DNA of 64,000 nt from Mantamonas sphyraenae STR306 (Eukaryota; Protista; CRuMs). The notes beneath the pieces were generated by a model. That model saw only the letters and a list, made by a program, of their open reading frames with translations, was not told the origin of the DNA and searched no databases. The position numbers and the translations under genes are program-made. Below are positions 60,020 to 64,000 of this stretch, piece after piece (positions within the stretch are counted from its first letter, which is position 1; each line of letters starts with the position of its first letter). The DNA is taken from contig JAPMXV010000004.1 of the NCBI GenBank assembly GCA_026936335.1, positions 338,515 through 402,514 of the forward strand, given 5' to 3'.

Positions 60020-63000
60020 TTAAAGGCGCTGGCGTTTGGAGGAGGAGGAGGAGGAGGAGGAGGAGGAGGCGGAGGAGGAGGAGGGGTCTTTGCGCTTGGG
60101 GAGGGTGAAGGAGGGGATGGGGTAGGCGTTGACTAGTGTATAGGTGGTGGGACGGGTGGTGATGTGAGGTGTGATGCGGTCGATGAGGATGTGGAGGAGG
60201 GTGTGCAGTGTGGCGTCGCTGGGTTTGGGGTTGTCAAGCCAGGCGATCTTGAGGGAGAGGGACGTGACGCCGCGGGTGAGAGTGACGCTGATGGCATGTT
60301 GCACCTGCTGGTAGGTGAGGTGTGGCCTGAGGAGGCGGACAAAGAAGGCCAGGTCGACAGGCGGCACGCCAACGTTGCCGAGCGCCAGAATGATGTGTCG
60401 CAGCAGGGACGGCAAGCTGCCGTTGTTGATCAGCTCACGCAGTGCATGGTGCTCGTGTGTGTGCTGGTTTCGAGGGTGCTTGGCTGCGCGTGCTTTCATG
60501 TGTGCCAGCAGCGTCTGGAACTCCCGCGCGGAGCAGCTGCCACGCTCGTCTGCGGTCGTGCACCAGCCGCTGCGCACTGACTCTGGATGCCACTTGTCCA
60601 CATTGGTGGTGGTGAGGTGGTGGTCGTAGTCGCATTGTGTCCAGTGTGGGTCGCTGTCGTTGTCAGCAGGGCGTCGTGCTTCCTGCAGCCGCAGCTGGGT
60701 CTGCTCGTACTCCTTCCAGCTGGTGGGATGGGGACTGTTGTCGAGAGTGTCCATCTCTGTCATGAGCAGGTGGAGGAGGACGTAGTTGGGGTCGCCGTGG
60801 TCGAGTGGTTCCTCCAGCCAGCACACCTTCAACCCAGCCTTTGTCACACCCATGGCCAGACCAGCGTCACGGATGGCATTGCTGCACGCATGTTGATCCA
60901 TGTTGCGGCCAAGAAGGGTGAGGCAGAAGGCCATGTCCCCCTGGGAGAGGGGAATGTTGCCCACAGCGAGCTGAGTCTGTCGGATCAGCGTGGCCATTGT
61001 GCCATGACAGACCACGACACGCGCCTGCAGGGCCATGAGGTCGGGGATGTCGTCGATGGGATGCTCGTTGGCCAGGGTGCGCATGTGCTTCAGCAGTGCC
61101 GTGTGCTCCTTCATGTTGCTGTGGCTGCGCTCGTTCCTGCGCCAGGTTGTCCAGCCACTGCACACAACGCCATCTGGCAGTCCATCCTCCACGACCATCA
61201 TCTCCTCCTCCTCTGTGGGCTTGGGCAGAACAAGCTTATGGATCCGGAGGGCGTTTACGGCGTGTGTGGTGGTGGGTCGGGTGGTGATGTGGGGTGTGAT
61301 GCGGTCGATGAGAGTGTGGAGGAGGGTGTGCAGTGTGGCGTCGCTGGGTTGGGGGTTGTCGAGCCAGGCGATTTTCAGGGAGAGGGAGGTGACGCCGCGG
61401 GTGAGGGTGGCGCTGATGGCATCTTTCACCTGCTGGTAGGTGAGGCGTGGTCTGAGGAGGCGGACAAAGAAGGCCAGGTCGACAGGCGGCACGCCAACGT
61501 TGCCGAGCGCCAGGATGATGTGTCGCACCAGGGACTGCTTCGTGCCGTTGTTAATCAGCTCACGCAGTGCCTGGTGCTCATGTGTGTGCTGGTGGCAAGG
61601 GTGCTTGGCTGCGCGTGCCTTCATGTGTGCCAGCAGCGTCCGGAACTCCCGTGCCGAGCAGCTGCCACGCTCGTCTGCGGATGTGCTCCAGCCACTGCGC
61701 ACAGACTCGGGATGCCACTCTTCCACATTGGTGGTGGTGAGGTGGTGGTCGTAGTCGCATTGTGTCCAGTGTGGGTCGCTGTTGTTGTCAGCCGGGCGTC
61801 GTGCTTTCTGCAGCCACAGCTGGGTCTGCTCGTACTCCTTCCAGCTGGTGGGATGGGGACTGTTGCCGAGAGTGTCCATCTCTGTCATGAGCAGGTGGAG
61901 GAGGGCGTAGTTGGTGTTTTCGTGGTCGTGTGGCTCCTCCAGCCAGCACACCTTCAACCCAGCCTTTGTCACACCCATGGCCAAACCAGCGCCATTGAGG
62001 GCACTGCTGCACTCAAGTTGATGCATGTCACGGCCGAGAAGGGTGAGGCAGAGGGCCATGTCGCCCTGGGAGAGAGGAATGTTGCCCAGAGCGAGCTGAA
62101 TCTGTCGGACCAGCGTGCGCAGGGTGCCATGGCAGACCACGACACGCGCCTGCAGGGTCATGAGGTCGGGGATGTCGTCAATCGGATGCTCGTTGGCCAG
62201 AGTGTGCATGTGGTTCAGCAGTGCCGTGTGCTCCTTCTTGTTGCTGTGGCTGCGCTCGTCACTGTGTCCCAGTTTCCACCCTTTCCGCACAACACCATCC
62301 GGCAACTTAGTCTTCTTGTTCTCGCCTGATTTCTTCCTTGCGCCGTTGTCTCCGTTCTTGCCCCTTCTTGCCCGTGTGCTCGACGTTCCTGTCTCTGTGC
62401 CACTGCCAGCCGTGACCCTGAGACTGCGCTGCCCATTGTCTTTCATCTTGTGTGGACCAGTACGGCGGCTGGTGTGGCCTCTGTGAAGTTGTGTGCGGCC
62501 TCTACTTGTGCGTCTCGGCTGCCAATCGTCCGAGTCCTCCTGCTCCATGCCGTCTGCGTCGTCGTCGCTGTCGTCTTGCGGCATGTACTCCTCATCCATG
62601 GCATCACCAGTGTCTGCATTGCTGAGTGTGCCCTGAGTTTCCAACTCGTCGTCCACGTGCTGCTGGGTTGCGTCGTTTGCCTCGCCGTCTTCTTCGTACG
62701 CCTCCATCCCTGAGCTGGTCATCCACTCTGAGTTGCTGGAGGTTGTTCGTGGTTCTCGGTGGCCAAAGTTGAGTACCATCAGGTCCTCCACGTCGCCGGT
62801 GTCATGTGTGTGTGCGTCCTGGTCTGCGTCGTCGTCGTCGCTGTCTCCAGTCTGCCGTGTGGCCTGGTGGGAGGACGACGACGATGTGGTGGTGGATGTG
62901 GTCCGTGTGATGCCGACAAACGCAGGGCTGATGCGTTTTGGGACGCGGTTGTGGTTTGTGGCGGTTTGAGCAGGCGGAGGGTGAAACGGAGTCTGAGCGG

Positions 63001-63602
63001 AGTGCACCTGGGCGGTTTGTCGCGGCTGAAGAGGCGGCGGAGGAGGGTAGGCCTTGTATGGGTGGCCCTGATGAGCATATGCGTGGTGTTGCTGGGGATG
63101 GGTGTTGACAGGGACCCAGATGATGGGTGGTTGTGGGTGCTGGTACGGGTTTTGTACGCCAGAAACGGGCAGCATGTTCGGAAACGGCTGGGCAGCCATG
63201 GGAGCGACCATGTACGCGCAGCTGTGGGGAGACGGGGATGGGCATGGTGGGGTTGAAACGGTGAGCTGAAGGCGGAGTGGACGCCGTCAGGGCAGAAGCG
63301 GGATGAAGGGAGGCTGGAACGAGCAGAGAGGGAAAACGGAGGAGATTGGCAGACGGGAAAATTGGCAACGGGGAGGGCAGTGACAGGGGAGACGGGATCG
63401 GAGAAGAGCGGAGAAGGCAGCGGCGGTGGTGATGGGGAAGTGGAGATGCGGGGGAGGAGTGCGTGGAAGCGACGGAGGCATGGAGGAGGTAAGGAAGCGG
63501 GAGAAGCGGGCAGTCAGAAAACGGAGTGGAAGGCAGAACGCACGGTGGGTAGGTGTTGGGTGTGTGTTGTTGCTTCGGAGTTCTTGAGTATTCGTTGTCC
63601 AT
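60020..63602 (-). CDS. Telomere-adjacent orphan protein with tandem ~180-aa repeat domains; probable first exon 63602-63544, intron 63543-63266
   Basis: 1063-aa ORF. An upstream GTGCGT...CTGAC...TTCAG intron joins MDNEYSR in phase. Pro/Gln-rich and acidic N-terminus, basic C-terminal KRQRL. Confidence 0.75.
60138..62308. repeat. Diverged in-frame duplication, offset 1125 bp (375 aa)
   Basis: tccttccagctggtgggatggggac occurs at 60711 and 61836; the protein block LPDGVV...HITTRPTT occurs twice. Confidence 0.9.
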
Positions 63603-63864
63603 GATGGTGGTGGAACTGGAGTGTATGTGGATTGAGTTGGACTGGTGGAGGGTGTGGTGGGTGTTGGTGATATTTTGGTTGAAGGCGGATGGGCAGTGCT
63701 GACTGCGCGGCGTTGCAGGACAACGGCCACTCACCAGCGACATTTCCACTCCCACCCATTGCCTACTGCCCCATGTCACCACCCAACTCAGCCACCACAC
63801 CAGCGAACACAAGCGCAACTCACATGATATAGACCAGACACATCAACATGAACAAGACTCAGAG

Positions 63865-63906
63865 TTAGGGTTAGGGTTAGGGTTAGGGTTAGGGTTAGGG
63901 TTAGGG

Positions 63907-63947
<41 letters not shown>

Positions 63948-64000
63948 GGTTAGGGTTAGGTTAGGGTTAGGGTTAGGGTTAGGGTTAGGGTTAGGGTTAG
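63865..64000 (+). repeat. Telomeric repeat (TTAGGG)n
   Basis: About 22 tandem TTAGGG units to the window end, with one TTTAGGG variant near 63925; G-rich strand oriented to the 3' end. Confidence 0.99.

Noticed and set aside
59772-60022. TAATG stop-start overlap suggesting translational coupling to the scramblase
   Set aside because: The ATG at 60020 is not in the frame that splices into the scramblase exons.

Overview
Right-hand end of a chromosome from a gene-dense, GC-rich microbial eukaryote. It has short GT-AG introns with CTGAC branch points, is consistent with the standard genetic code, and ends in a (TTAGGG)n telomere at 63865-64000. I can support about 17 protein genes packed with gaps of roughly 10-200 bp: HEI10 (5' end only), a MINDY-PB1 deubiquitinase, a bacterial-type FabH, a ~8,800-aa adhesion receptor-like protein with large near-identical internal duplications, UBA1, a UBL protein, a membrane-anchored Slob/PXK-like pseudokinase with a WH2 domain, RPF2, an extended SDR, HELLS/DDM1, a mid-SUN protein, an R3H/G-patch protein, a ~3,500-aa ANK-HEAT protein, a gustatory-receptor-like 7TM protein, a phospholipid scramblase, a telomere-adjacent repeat-domain orphan and one weak hypothetical gene. 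About a dozen 1-2 nt frame breaks look like long-read indel errors. Main leads: (1) two intron-bearing, bacterial-type lipid enzymes, FabH/OleA-like with a PTS2-like N-terminus and OleD-like SDR ending in SKL, suggesting a peroxisomal pathway of bacterial origin; (2) strong G/C strand skew that is independent of gene orientation and flips inside the giant gene, suggesting a fixed replication origin; (3) a long box C/D snoRNA candidate in an RPF2 intron with several U6-complementary elements; (4) the nested domain architecture of the giant GPS-containing receptor.
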